The notes beneath the pieces were generated by a model. That model did not search any database. It had not been told where the DNA came from and saw only the letters and a list, made by a program, of their open reading frames with translations. Position numbers and translations under genes: made by a program. Of a stretch of 64,000 nt of DNA, positions 41,317-52,021 are shown in pieces (the first letter of the stretch is position 1; each line of letters begins with the position of its first letter). This DNA is from Blastocatellia bacterium (GTDB lineage Bacteria > Acidobacteriota > Blastocatellia > Chloracidobacteriales > JADJPF01). The stretch covers positions 28,275 through 92,274 of the forward strand of contig JBDIBI010000019.1 of the NCBI GenBank assembly GCA_039812885.1, written 5' to 3'.

Positions 41317-42162
41317 ATGAAAAAAACAATTCAAAACTTAACAACAATAATCTTTACCATTTTAGGTATATTATCTGCTGGTTTAGGACTAAAAGGTTTT
41401 TTGCTAGCTAACAAGTTTATAGATGGTGGAGTTACTGGTATTTCAATGTTGATTGCTGCTGTTAGTTCAATTCCTTTAGCTATACTTATTTTGCTTATCA
41501 ATATTCCTTTTATAATTCTTGGATATCGTCAAGTTAGCAAAGTCTTTGCCATTAAAAGTATAGTAGCTATTTTAGGTTTAGCCATTAGCTTAGTGTTAGT
41601 TCCTTATCCGACTGTTACTACTGATAAACTACTAACAGCAGTTTTTGGAGGTATGTTTTTAGGTGCAGGAATTGGGTTATCAATCAGAGGCGGTTGTGTT
41701 TTAGATGGAACGGAAGTTATGGCTCTGATATTGAGCAAAAAAATAGGTGCTACTATAGGAGATATTATTTTAATATTTAATATCATCATTTTTTCTGTAG
41801 CCATTTTGGTTTTAGGAGTTGAACCATCTTTGTACTCAATGCTTACTTACTTTGCTGCGTCTAAGACTGTGGATTTTATCTTAAATGGTATTGAGGAATA
41901 TAATGGAATTATTATCATCTCAAACAAGAGTGATGAAATTAGGCAATCCATTCTTAATGATCTTGCACGCGGAGTTACTGTTTATAAGGGTTCTGGAGGT
42001 TTGACAGAAGTTGAACACAATATTTTGTTTTGTGTAGTGACTAGGTTGGAAATTCCTGCATTGAAGAACTTGGTTAGTATAATTGATGAAGCCGCCTTTT
42101 TAGTTATTCATCCAATTAGTGATGCTAGTGGAGGAATAATTAAAAAACGACCATTACACTAA
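41317..42162 (+). CDS. YitT family membrane protein
   Basis: DGGVTGIS, NIPF...GY, GG..DGTE, C-terminal RGVT...G.G and D..AF. Confidence 0.9.
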   Translation: MKKTIQNLTTIIFTILGILSAGLGLKGFLLANKFIDGGVTGISMLIAAVSSIPLAILILLINIPFIILGYRQVSKVFAIKSIVAILGLAISLVLVPYPTVTTDKLLTAVFGGMFLGAGIGLSIRGGCVLDGTEVMALILSKKIGATIGDIILIFNIIIFSVAILVLGVEPSLYSMLTYFAASKTVDFILNGIEEYNGIIIISNKSDEIRQSILNDLARGVTVYKGSGGLTEVEHNILFCVVTRLEIPALKNLVSIIDEAAFLVIHPISDASGGIIKKRPLH

Positions 42163-42167
42163 AAAGT

Positions 42168-42653
42168 TTACTCTGTCTTTAGAGTTTCTCGTTTCCAATC
42201 ACCAGATTTACCACCAGTTTTGCTTTCTAGTTGAATGTTTGTAATGGTGATAGTTTTATCAACTGCTTTGCACATATCATAAATCGTCAGTGCTGCAAGA
42301 GAAACGGCTGTTAACGCTTCCATTTCAACTCCTGTAGCAGCACGAGTTGAAACTGTGGCAGTGATATAAATACCACAATCGGTTAGCTCTAATTGAACAT
42401 CTGCATGGCTAATTGGAAGGGGATGACAAAGGGGAATTAAATTAGCTGTTTGTTTAGCTGCTAGAATTCCTGCAATACGGGCTGTTTCAAATGGATTACC
42501 TTTAGGAAGCTTTTGATCTCGAATTTTTTCTATCACAATTGCAGACATTTGAACTAAAGCACTAGCTGTGGCTTGGCGTGTAGTTTCGGCCTTGCTGCTT
42601 ACATCAACCATATGCGCACGGCCTTCTTTATCTAGGTGAGAAAATTCTGTCAT
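42168..42653 (-). CDS. moaC: Cyclic pyranopterin monophosphate synthase
   Basis: MVDVS.K, LIPLCHP, TGVEMEAL, IYDMCKAVDK, KTGGKSG. Confidence 0.97.
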   Translation of the reverse strand: MTEFSHLDKEGRAHMVDVSSKAETTRQATASALVQMSAIVIEKIRDQKLPKGNPFETARIAGILAAKQTANLIPLCHPLPISHADVQLELTDCGIYITATVSTRAATGVEMEALTAVSLAALTIYDMCKAVDKTITITNIQLESKTGGKSGDWKRETLKTE

Positions 42654-42713
42654 AAGATTTGGGTAGTCCTAAGATTTTCCAGAGTTTTCTAGAAAAATTT
42701 CTCTAGTAACGCA

Positions 42714-42742
42714 AAAAGCCACTTGAAACTCAAGTGGCTTTT
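42714..42742 (-). terminator. Terminator downstream of tRNA-Asp
   Basis: AAAAGCCACTTGA-aac-TCAAGTGGCTTTT perfect inverted repeat. Confidence 0.85.
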
Positions 42743-42751
42743 TACAATAAA

Positions 42752-42826
<75 letters not shown>

Positions 42827-42855
42827 AAAAAAACTTTTTCCTCAAAGGAAGGGCT

Positions 42856-42884
42856 AATTTAACACTGCTCTTATTGGCTGTCAA
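42856..42884 (-). promoter_or_regulatory. Sigma70 promoter of tRNA-Asp
   Basis: Minus strand TTGACA-17-TAAATT. Confidence 0.75.
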
Positions 42885-43038
42885 CAAGAATTTCTAGATT
42901 TTCTGGAAATTTATTCCTGAAGCCTAAAACTTAATTTTGTTTTTTGCTTTTTTCTGTAGCAAATCCACTCAGAAAATATTATCTTCTTATAGTTTTGTTA
43001 ATCTTGAGAGCTTTATCATTTTAGGATAATTACTAGTT

Positions 43039-44082
43039 GTGAAATTTTCTTTTAGTGGACTGATAACAGAGGATTTAGCCATAGATTTAGGCACCGTACA
43101 TACTTTTTTAGCTGTTAGAGGACGAGGTCTTGTAGTTAATGAACCCTCTGTAGTGGCAATTGATCGCAATGATGGAGAAGTGGCTGCTGTAGGTAATGAA
43201 GCTTTAGAGCTTTTAGGCCAATCTCCTGAACAGGTTGAAATTACTCAACCAATGGAAGATGGAGTTATAACCGATTTTGAACTAGCTGCTAAAATGCTAG
43301 CTCATTATATTCGCAAAGCTCGCGGAGGCCGCTCTGCTTTTTCTCGTAGAGTTGTGTTAGGCGTCCCTAGTGATATTACTAGTGTAGAGCGCTATGCCTT
43401 ATTTCAAGCCGTACAAGCCGCCGGTGCAAACCATATTTACTTAATAGATAAAGGATATTTGGCTGCTTTAGGAGCAAGTGTTTTTGCTAACAACGAACGA
43501 GCTAGCATGATTGTTGATATTGGAGGCGCTACTACAGAAATAGCTGCTGTTACTAGATCCCATTTAGTTGCTTCTAGATCAATTCGTAGAGGCGCTTCGG
43601 ATATGGATATAGCTATTCTTGAACATATTAAGCGCTATCATAATCTTGTGATTGGAAGTCGTACAGCAGAACGAGTAAAAATTGAACTAGGCAGTGCTTT
43701 ACCAATATCTAAACTTAATACTTCTGCACTGGAAAATACTAAAATACGAGGCCAAAGTATTGTTAGATCTGTTCCAGAAATGATGACTGTTACTCCACAA
43801 GAAATTCATATTGCTATTGAACCAACTCTTAGAGAAATTATTTTGGCAGTAAGAGGCTTTTTGGAAGACTTATCTCCAGAAGTAGCCGGAGATATTCATA
43901 GTCAAGGAATTACAATTACAGGCGGTGGATCACTGCTAGCAAAACTAGATGAAAGAATATCTAGAGAACTTCAGCTAAAAGTAAAAACAGCAAAAAATCC
44001 AACTGAATCAGTAGTTTTTGGAGCTAGTGCAGTTTTTGATCAACCCTTGTTGCTAAGACGGCTTTCTCGTCAAAGTAGTTAG
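43039..44082 (+). CDS. mreB: MreB/Mbl-family actin-like protein (divergent paralog)
   Basis: AIDLGT, NEPSVVA, P..DGVI.DF, IVDIGG.TTE, AE.VKI..G, TGGGSLL. Confidence 0.85.
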   Translation: MKFSFSGLITEDLAIDLGTVHTFLAVRGRGLVVNEPSVVAIDRNDGEVAAVGNEALELLGQSPEQVEITQPMEDGVITDFELAAKMLAHYIRKARGGRSAFSRRVVLGVPSDITSVERYALFQAVQAAGANHIYLIDKGYLAALGASVFANNERASMIVDIGGATTEIAAVTRSHLVASRSIRRGASDMDIAILEHIKRYHNLVIGSRTAERVKIELGSALPISKLNTSALENTKIRGQSIVRSVPEMMTVTPQEIHIAIEPTLREIILAVRGFLEDLSPEVAGDIHSQGITITGGGSLLAKLDERISRELQLKVKTAKNPTESVVFGASAVFDQPLLLRRLSRQSS

Positions 44083-44120
44083 TGTGAATTATAAATTAAT
44101 AAAAGATTCAAGGAGAAATA

Positions 44121-45362
44121 ATGGTAGCACCACTAGAAGGAATTCGTGTATTAGACTTAACTAGATTATTACCAGGCCCTTATTGCACAATGATGTTAGG
44201 TGATATGGGCGCAGAAATACTTAAGATAGAAGAACCAAATTATGGTGATCCTGCCCGTTTAATTCCTCCACGCTTAAAAGAAGAAGGCGCACTGTTTCTA
44301 ACTGTTAATCGTAATAAAAAAAGCGTTACTCTAAACTTAAAAGAACCTCGTGGAGTAGAGGCTTTTATGAAACTAGTGGCTAAATCTGATGTAATTGTAG
44401 AAGGATTTAGACCTGGAGTAATGGAGCGCTTAGGTATTGGCTATAAACAAACTAGTCAGGTCAATCCTAAAATTGTTTATTGTTCTATTACTGGTTATGG
44501 TCAAACTGGCCCAATGGCAGAACGCTCAGGTCATGACATTAATTATATTGCCTTAGGTGGTGTACTAGGATTAACAGTTGACGCAAAAGGGGTTCCTGTT
44601 ATTCCTGCTGTACAAATTGGAGATCTTGGTGGCGGGCTTATGGCTGCTGTAGGCATACTTTCAGCCTTAATAGCACGTGAAAAAACAGGCAAGGGACAAT
44701 TTGTTGATATTGCTATGATGGATGCAGCACTTTCTATGCTTCCTGTTATGTCTGCAAATTTCTTTGCTGGTCAAGATACAGAAGTAGGTTCTCACTCGCA
44801 ATTAACAGGCCAATACCCATTTTATAACGTTTATAAAACTAAAGATGGTAAATACCTTTCTCTAGGCGCACTTGAACCAAAGTTCTGGAAAAATTTCTGT
44901 GAAGCTATTAACCGCAAAGACTTTATTGATAAACAATTTTCTGAAGGCAAAGATAAAGAAAGAATGTACACAGAAATACGTAGTCTATTTTTAAGCAAAC
45001 CTAGAGAAGAATGGTTAAGACTATTTGCTGACAAAGATGTTTGCTGTGAACCTATTTATAATATGGCAGATGCCCTTTCTAGCCCACAAGCAGCACATCG
45101 AGCTATGATCTTTGAACAAGAACATCCTGTTGAAGGAGCTTTACGTCAGGTTGGCTCTCCTTTTAAGTTTTCTGATACTCCTGTCAGAATGCAAAGTGCT
45201 CCTCCTCGTTTAGGACAACATACAGCAGATGTGTTATCTAGTATTGCTGGTTACTCACTAGATGAAATCAAGAAATTAAATCGTGATGGTGTAACAAAAG
45301 AAAAGAAAGGTTTCCTTGAAAAACTTGCCTTTGGAGTAATGCGATTTTTGGGCAAAGTCTAA
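44121..45362 (+). CDS. CoA-transferase family III (CaiB/BaiF)
   Basis: PLEGIRVLDL...PGP, NRNKKS, EGFRPGV, CSITGYGQ.GP, GHDINY. Confidence 0.93.
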   Translation: MVAPLEGIRVLDLTRLLPGPYCTMMLGDMGAEILKIEEPNYGDPARLIPPRLKEEGALFLTVNRNKKSVTLNLKEPRGVEAFMKLVAKSDVIVEGFRPGVMERLGIGYKQTSQVNPKIVYCSITGYGQTGPMAERSGHDINYIALGGVLGLTVDAKGVPVIPAVQIGDLGGGLMAAVGILSALIAREKTGKGQFVDIAMMDAALSMLPVMSANFFAGQDTEVGSHSQLTGQYPFYNVYKTKDGKYLSLGALEPKFWKNFCEAINRKDFIDKQFSEGKDKERMYTEIRSLFLSKPREEWLRLFADKDVCCEPIYNMADALSSPQAAHRAMIFEQEHPVEGALRQVGSPFKFSDTPVRMQSAPPRLGQHTADVLSSIAGYSLDEIKKLNRDGVTKEKKGFLEKLAFGVMRFLGKV

Positions 45363-45438
45363 GCTTAAGTAGCTAGATATAATTAATAATAAACACTTTA
45401 TATTAAGTATTTGCAATCACTGGTAGGAGAAAAATTCA

Positions 45439-46221
45439 ATGGCTGATTTTAAATGTCCAAGCTGCAAAGGCAGTTCGGCTCAAGTGTGGGCGCTTCCAAA
45501 ATTTACTCTTCTACATTGGATAATAAATCCAGGACTGGCTGTTAATGAGCTAGTTTTAGGACAGGCCATCCCAAGAGAAACATATATTTGCAATGATTGT
45601 AATAAGCCTTTAATGGATAGAAGCTATTTTCATTGCCCTACCTGTGATTCATTTCATAACTCAAAGATTTGGAGTGGTAAAAATGCTATAGGAAGATGGT
45701 TTGGTTATCTTTGCCCAAGATGTACACAGCCTATTCCTAGACTTTGGAATCTTACTTCACTTTTAATCCTTGGTATAACTATGCCTATTTGGTGGATCCC
45801 TGCTCAAACCCTTCGTCCTAAATGGATTGCTAAAGAAAAAAGAAGAATGAATGTTGACCCAGAGGGCTTAATACCTCCACCTGTAGAAGTTAAATGGTAT
45901 GAGGCAGGATTATGTTTTGGTATTACAACAGGGTTGCTTATTACTTTGTTTAATATTTTTTTAGGCTCTGGAGATCTTCAACGGGTAATGTGGAAAGCGC
46001 TTTTTAGCGTTCCTGTTTGGATAATTATGGGTCTGGTATTTGGATTTGTTATGAAAAAATTTTCAACAAAAACTCCAGATAAGAAAAAAGAAGTGCTAAT
46101 CTATTTAGATGGAACTGTTAAACAATTAAACGCTCCTCAAGAACAATTTAATCAATTTAATCAATCTCAAAATAATCAAAATCAGCCTCAATACCAAAAG
46201 AATAAACCTTATAATAACTAG
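45439..46221 (+). CDS. Hypothetical multi-zinc-ribbon membrane protein
   Basis: CPSC, CNDC, CPTC, CPRC; three TM segments; Q/N-rich tail. Confidence 0.7.
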   Translation: MADFKCPSCKGSSAQVWALPKFTLLHWIINPGLAVNELVLGQAIPRETYICNDCNKPLMDRSYFHCPTCDSFHNSKIWSGKNAIGRWFGYLCPRCTQPIPRLWNLTSLLILGITMPIWWIPAQTLRPKWIAKEKRRMNVDPEGLIPPPVEVKWYEAGLCFGITTGLLITLFNIFLGSGDLQRVMWKALFSVPVWIIMGLVFGFVMKKFSTKTPDKKKEVLIYLDGTVKQLNAPQEQFNQFNQSQNNQNQPQYQKNKPYNN

Positions 46222-46245
46222 GTATATTGTGTAAGGATAATATCT

Positions 46246-46608
46246 ATGGCAAAAATAGTTGCTAAACTAGTTCGCGATGCAAAAGGAAGATTAATAGGAA
46301 TTCGGGAAATAGATATAATTCATTACTCAATACAACTAGAAATAGATGACCTTACAGAAAAACCAGAAAAAGTTATTTATCAACTACATGAATCCTATCC
46401 CGTCTCTAAAATTGAAGTTAAAGCTTCAACTCCTAAGTTTTTAACAGAAATAACTTCTTATGGAGATTATGATATAAAAGCAGTACTTTGCTATACTGAT
46501 AGAATAGATGTAATTACGACGGTACTTTCTGAAAGCTTGGAAGAGTCTCACAAACAAGATAATAGCCCTGAAATGAAAACAGCTCTTGAACAAATAAAGA
46601 AGCTGTAA
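46246..46608 (+). CDS. Prokaryotic YEATS (pYEATS) domain protein
   Basis: Y.I.L.I....EKV.YQLHESY......F..E...YGDY.I.A pattern of YEATS-like domains. Confidence 0.7.
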   Translation: MAKIVAKLVRDAKGRLIGIREIDIIHYSIQLEIDDLTEKPEKVIYQLHESYPVSKIEVKASTPKFLTEITSYGDYDIKAVLCYTDRIDVITTVLSESLEESHKQDNSPEMKTALEQIKKL

Positions 46609-46738
46609 AGAAGCTGTAACATTGTAAAAATCAAACACTTATAATATTACTTCAATATGGTTTGTAATTGTAGGCACAATAATTGGCTTTTTCTTATATA
46701 AAAATAAACTAATATATTTATCACTAAATACTTTAACT

Positions 46739-49700
46739 CTACACATTTCCAAAATGTCTTTGCCAAAGTTTAAGCAAATCAGTTTTATCTTCTTGGAAAA
46801 TAGTAACTAAATTTTCTGGTAGATCTGCTGACATTTCTTCTAAAGCATGTTTTGCTTCACGCAAATAGGTTTTTGCTTCTTGAACTCTGTTTTGGCTAAT
46901 AAAACAGCATCCCATCATTTCAGAAGCTATCATAAGTGGATAGCGGAATTGATTTTCACGTGAAATTGTTCTAGCTTGTCGGCAAATTTCTATTGCTTTA
47001 TCTATTTCATTAGTTTGGAAATAGCATTGACTTAATTTAGCTAAAGCTTCAGCTAGACGATAGCTATACTTTAATGAGGTAATAATATCAATAGCCTGAT
47101 GATAATTGTTAATAGCTTCTTGAAAATTTCCTGTAAGGTATTCTACTTCTGCTAATTCTGTATAAGCTCGGCTGATGTGCAATTTGTTGCGGGATTTTTG
47201 GCTTAGAGCAAGTAGTTGAGAAATAGCTTCTCTAGCAGCAGAAAAGTTTTTTCTATGCAGCAAAACAGGTACCATAGTGCTACGAGCAATAAGTTCTGCA
47301 AATAGATTGATGCCTGCAACTTGTTCTAAAGCACGTTGACAACAATCTTCTGCTAAGTCAAATTGACGACGTTGAGCATAAGTTGTGCCTAACAAACAAA
47401 GTGTTCTGCTATATTGAGAAGTTTCTCCTGCTACTTCAAAATGCTCTAATGAGCGTTGGTAATTTTTAACGGTTTGCCCTAAAAGTCCATACTGAAAGTT
47501 AGAAAGAGCTATTGCTGTATAAGCATAACCTTTGGCTTGAGATGAGTTTCCTGCCATTGCCATTAACCAACGACCTGCACGCTCAAGCTCTTTTACATCA
47601 AAGGATTTAGATAGTGCAAACCCAGCTAAGGCTTCTAAACGTTGTGTATTGTCACGGATACGCTCAAATATTGAAATTGCCTCAGAATAATATTTTTGAG
47701 CACTTTGATAATCGGTAAGTAGTAAATGTACTTGTCCTAATTCTATCAATATAGAACCATGTAGTTGCTCATCTCCGGCTTTTTGGCTAAAAAGTAATGC
47801 TTCTTCTAAATGGCTAAGTGCCACATCTGTTTTACCTTTTAAACCAGCTAAAGAACCTAAATTTAACCGAAAAGTGCTTAATAACCGTAATGATTTTTTA
47901 TCATGCAAATCTGTAGGCATATCTGCTAGTGCAGTTCTAGCCCATTCTAAGTAGTTAGACTGCTCACTAGCTGAACCAGCACGTCTTTCCTGTTCGGCTG
48001 CACGCACAGAAAATTCAAAGGTTTTTTCTGGAACTCCAGCATAGTAGTAATGATAGGCTATTTGGGGGGTTACTTTTTCTATGCTGCTGGCAAAACATTT
48101 TTGTAAGGCTTCAGCAACTCTTTCATGTAATTGTCGTTTTCTACGTTTGCTCAAACCTTCATAAAGCACTTGCTGAACAATTGTATGATGAAAACAATAA
48201 CGATCTTCTGTATGTTGCCCTACTTCATCAATTAGATTGAGTTTAATGGCAGTTTCTATGATATAGGTTAATTCTTCTTCATCTAGCTGAGTTACTGCTT
48301 GCAGAAAAACAAAACCAAACTCATTACCTATTACCGCAGCTTGTGAAAGAACATCTGAAATAGTTTTATCTAAACTTTTAAGCTTTAATTCTATTAAATC
48401 CCCAATGGATTTGGGTAAGTTTGTCTTATCCATCCCTGAGAATTGCCATTTACCATTTTGCTTACGTAGAGTTGAATTATCTAACCAAAGCATCACTAAT
48501 TCTTTGATGAAAAAAGGATTTCCCCCTGTTTCTTGATAAAGCGCATTAAGTAGATCTTGGTTTTGGTCAATTCCTGGACATAGCTGAGAAATCAACATTC
48601 CTACTTCTTGAGCATTAAATGGAGTTAATTTTAATATTTCAACATTTTCTCTGCTTTCTATTTGTTGAAGCCAGGTTTTTAGTGTACGCCCTTCTACTAA
48701 ATCTTCATTACGTATACTAGCAAGAAGCATAACTGGTACATTACTTAAGGTTTTAACTAGATAAGCAAAAGCTAGTAAACTTGCATCATCTGCCCATTGT
48801 ATATTGTCTAGGAAAAATATAATAGGTTTGTGTTTAGCCAAAGCTTTAAGACATCGTCGAATAGCTTCAAAGCTTCTAATAGTTTGTTCTGCACCGCCCT
48901 GCATTTGCAGCAACATATAAGAAGCACGTATAGAATCTCGTTTTTTAAGAGCTTCTTCAATTTCAGCAGTACGTTCACCAAAAATTTCTCCAAGCAACTC
49001 GGTTTTGCCATCTAAAAGAAAATCATTCCAAAAATCACTAAGTGCTTCTAAAAATGTAACAAATGGTAAACCACAAATATTTTCATAGAAACGTCCTGAA
49101 AGAAAACTAGCTTTTTCTTTTACTGAATTGCGGAAATGGCTGACCAAAACACTTTTTCCTTGTCCAGCTTCTCCTGTGATAAAGACTATTTGAGGCTTAT
49201 TGTTTAGAACTAATTGGAAACGTTTTTCTAGTGCTGCTACTTCTTTAACACGTCCAACAAAGCCATGTTGAGCTGTAGACTCTTGATCTACGTTCTCAGC
49301 TGCTTCAGCAATAGTTTTGGCATGTTCACTAGTTGGAGGCTTAAGGGATAATGTGCTAATAGCTGCATCTGTGTCAGATTCAATTAAACGCAAAGCCCTT
49401 ACTAAGGCTAAGGCGTTTTGAAAACGATCTTCTTTACGTTTAGCTAAAGCTCTAGCAATGAAAACATCAAACTCTGAACTCAAGCAAGATCGTAAATGGC
49501 TTGGTGGTGTGACTTCAAGTCGCAAAATAGCAAGCATTCTATCTGCTAAAGTTTTTGCTTGGAAAGGTATATTACCCGTTAGCATTTCGTAGATGGTTAC
49601 ACCTAATGAAAATAAATCACTTCGTTCGTCAACATCTTCTCCACGAACTTGTTCAGGGGACATATAACCAGCAGTACCTTGCATTATTCTTTGGCTATTA

Positions 49701-50233
49701 AATGGGCCAACACGACCCAAGGTACTTTTGCCTTTAGCCTCTTCTATTAGGCTACCTGAAGAGATTTTAGCTAAACCAAAGTCTAAAATTTTCACATAGC
49801 CATCTGGCCGAACAATGATATTTTCTGGTTTAACATCGCGATGAATAATACCTAATGAATGTGCTGCACCTAAACCTTCAGCCACTTGTATAGCAATATC
49901 CATTGCTTCATGAGCTTCTAGTGGCCCTTTGGCAATTTTTTCACGAAGGGTTTCTCCTTCTATTAGCTCCATTGCTATAAAATATTGTCCATTTTCTTGA
50001 CCAACATCATAAATAGTAAGGATATTAGGATGATTTAAACCTGAGGCTGTTATAGCTTCTTGTAAAACAAGATGGTCTATTTCACTATTTGCATTTTTGT
50101 CAGGAGTTAAGATTTTTATTGCTACTTCACGCCCAAGCACTGTATCCAAAGCACGATAGACTGTAGCCATTCCTCCCTGACCAATAAGGGATTTTAGTTT
50201 ATAACGTCCAAAGGTTGATTCCATCTCTACCAT
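46739..50233 (-). CDS. Ser/Thr protein kinase fused to STAND-type AAA ATPase and TPR repeats
   Basis: GQGGMA.VY, VAIK, HRDVKPEN, DFG; FVGR..E, GEAGQGKS, LDNIQWAD, TGGNPFF; C-terminal TPRs. Confidence 0.92.
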   Translation of the reverse strand: MVEMESTFGRYKLKSLIGQGGMATVYRALDTVLGREVAIKILTPDKNANSEIDHLVLQEAITASGLNHPNILTIYDVGQENGQYFIAMELIEGETLREKIAKGPLEAHEAMDIAIQVAEGLGAAHSLGIIHRDVKPENIIVRPDGYVKILDFGLAKISSGSLIEEAKGKSTLGRVGPFNSQRIMQGTAGYMSPEQVRGEDVDERSDLFSLGVTIYEMLTGNIPFQAKTLADRMLAILRLEVTPPSHLRSCLSSEFDVFIARALAKRKEDRFQNALALVRALRLIESDTDAAISTLSLKPPTSEHAKTIAEAAENVDQESTAQHGFVGRVKEVAALEKRFQLVLNNKPQIVFITGEAGQGKSVLVSHFRNSVKEKASFLSGRFYENICGLPFVTFLEALSDFWNDFLLDGKTELLGEIFGERTAEIEEALKKRDSIRASYMLLQMQGGAEQTIRSFEAIRRCLKALAKHKPIIFFLDNIQWADDASLLAFAYLVKTLSNVPVMLLASIRNEDLVEGRTLKTWLQQIESRENVEILKLTPFNAQEVGMLISQLCPGIDQNQDLLNALYQETGGNPFFIKELVMLWLDNSTLRKQNGKWQFSGMDKTNLPKSIGDLIELKLKSLDKTISDVLSQAAVIGNEFGFVFLQAVTQLDEEELTYIIETAIKLNLIDEVGQHTEDRYCFHHTIVQQVLYEGLSKRRKRQLHERVAEALQKCFASSIEKVTPQIAYHYYYAGVPEKTFEFSVRAAEQERRAGSASEQSNYLEWARTALADMPTDLHDKKSLRLLSTFRLNLGSLAGLKGKTDVALSHLEEALLFSQKAGDEQLHGSILIELGQVHLLLTDYQSAQKYYSEAISIFERIRDNTQRLEALAGFALSKSFDVKELERAGRWLMAMAGNSSQAKGYAYTAIALSNFQYGLLGQTVKNYQRSLEHFEVAGETSQYSRTLCLLGTTYAQRRQFDLAEDCCQRALEQVAGINLFAELIARSTMVPVLLHRKNFSAAREAISQLLALSQKSRNKLHISRAYTELAEVEYLTGNFQEAINNYHQAIDIITSLKYSYRLAEALAKLSQCYFQTNEIDKAIEICRQARTISRENQFRYPLMIASEMMGCCFISQNRVQEAKTYLREAKHALEEMSADLPENLVTIFQEDKTDLLKLWQRHFGNV

Positions 50234-50255
50234 TTTATTTTCCTAACAAAAGCTA

Positions 50256-51164
50256 TTATTCATTATTAAGGGGCAGTAACTCTGATTTAGAGTAAGGTCT
50301 TCTAGTGGGGTCAACTGCTAGAAGTTTGCGAAACTCACCATCTACATATTCCGGAGCTAAACGCTCAATCCATTTATAAGCTTCATCTCTAAGACGGACA
50401 AAAATTTCCTTATCTTTCCTGACAATACCATTTAGCAATGCCAATGCTACTTCTTCAGAAGATTCTAAACTAATAAAGTGGCTCATCATATTGAAAAGTG
50501 TTTCATCAGAAAGATTAGTTACTGTAACATTTGGGTGAATTATAGATAGTTGCACCCCGCTATTTGCAGGTAGTTCTCGTCTTAAAGCCGCAACAAAGTT
50601 ATTTAATCCACCTTTAGTTGCTGTGTAAACACTATGTGAAGGTGAATAAACATGGGAACTAAGTGAACCTGTATAAGCAATAACACCAGCAGAACGATCT
50701 AGAAAATAAGGTAAAAAAGTGTGAGTCATACGGATTTGAGCTATGAAATTAATACCAACTAAGCGCTCAATGCTTGAAACAGACATATCCCAAAAAGGGC
50801 CTAGAACAATAATTCCAGCATTATTAAATAGAAGGTCTACTTTGCCAAATTGCTGACAAGCTTCAGCTAAAATTTTTTCTGGAGCATCATCTTCAAGTAT
50901 ATTCATTGCTAAAGTAGCAACTGGAGGAAGCTCTTCTTGTAATTGTGCTAGAGCTATTTCATTGTAATCAACAACTAAAACATTAGCTCCTAGCCCTACT
51001 AGTTGCGCTACAATAGCCTTACCAATGCCACTTGCGCCACCTGTGACTACTGCAACTTTATCCCTGTAATAATCTGGTAGATTTGGTGCAGAGTAGTCTT
51101 TTATAAGTTTATATGCTACAAGCCCACCTGTAGCAAGAAGTAGCGCTTTAATTAACTGGTTCAT
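50256..51164 (-). CDS. Short-chain dehydrogenase/reductase
   Basis: VTGGASGIG, NNAG, YTATK; start ATG 51164 with GGAGG SD. Confidence 0.9.
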   Translation of the reverse strand: MNQLIKALLLATGGLVAYKLIKDYSAPNLPDYYRDKVAVVTGGASGIGKAIVAQLVGLGANVLVVDYNEIALAQLQEELPPVATLAMNILEDDAPEKILAEACQQFGKVDLLFNNAGIIVLGPFWDMSVSSIERLVGINFIAQIRMTHTFLPYFLDRSAGVIAYTGSLSSHVYSPSHSVYTATKGGLNNFVAALRRELPANSGVQLSIIHPNVTVTNLSDETLFNMMSHFISLESSEEVALALLNGIVRKDKEIFVRLRDEAYKWIERLAPEYVDGEFRKLLAVDPTRRPYSKSELLPLNNE

Positions 51165-51276
51165 TAAAATGCCTCCATAAAATGTAGATTGATGTAAAGA
51201 CAAGGCAAGCAGACTGCCTTCTATTATAAACAAATCTATTGTATAAATAAATCTATTGGGTTGAGTAGAATTTTCT

Positions 51277-52017
51277 CTAAATTATGCTAGGAATAATCTT
51301 ATCGCTATGGCCTAGAATAGTAAAATGAAAATGCGGAGTTATTTCTGTTACTATTAAATTGACTTCTACTAAAAATGCTCCACTACGACGAGCTATTGCT
51401 GGTAATAGCCCACCAGGTAACACTTGACCCGAACTACCTATCGCAATAAATACTTCAGCTTTCTGTACTAGTTCTTCAGCCTCTTGCCAAAGCTCTTTAG
51501 CCATTGCTTCATCAAATAATAAAAGATCTGGTCGCCAACTTCCACCACAACTACATTTAGTCTTCCATTGTTCTTTATAACTACCTTCAATTGTCTGACT
51601 TTGATTACAGTTTAAGCATCTTACCTTAGTGATATCTCCGTGTAACATTATACAGTTGTTTATTCCTGCACGTCTGTGTAGATCATCAAAATTTTGTGTA
51701 ATTATGGAGAAATTTTTAGCTTTTAAGGCTAGGTCAGATAAAGCTAGGTGTGCTTTTGTTGGTAGTGCTAGACGAGTTTTTTTTAGTAGATCATCTAGTA
51801 AACGTAGATGCAAGATGGATTTGCCAGAGATTTTTTCTAGAGAAAGCAAATCGCTAACAAAGTTATATTCCCAAACAGGTGAGCATCCAGGGCCAGTCAA
51901 AGTGGGAATTAAAGCACTAGCTGAAATTCCTGCTCCAGTAAAAATAACTAAGCTATTTGCCTGGTGAATATGTGAGAGAACTTCTTCTGGAACTAAGTTT
52001 TCTACTATTTTTCCCAT
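51277..52017 (-). CDS. Sir2/CobB-family NAD-dependent deacylase (divergent)
   Basis: TGAGISA, TQNFDDLH..AG, LHG, CLNC...CSC Zn site, RPD...F.E, GSS. Confidence 0.85.
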   Translation of the reverse strand: MGKIVENLVPEEVLSHIHQANSLVIFTGAGISASALIPTLTGPGCSPVWEYNFVSDLLSLEKISGKSILHLRLLDDLLKKTRLALPTKAHLALSDLALKAKNFSIITQNFDDLHRRAGINNCIMLHGDITKVRCLNCNQSQTIEGSYKEQWKTKCSCGGSWRPDLLLFDEAMAKELWQEAEELVQKAEVFIAIGSSGQVLPGGLLPAIARRSGAFLVEVNLIVTEITPHFHFTILGHSDKIIPSII

Positions 52018-52021
52018 CAAG

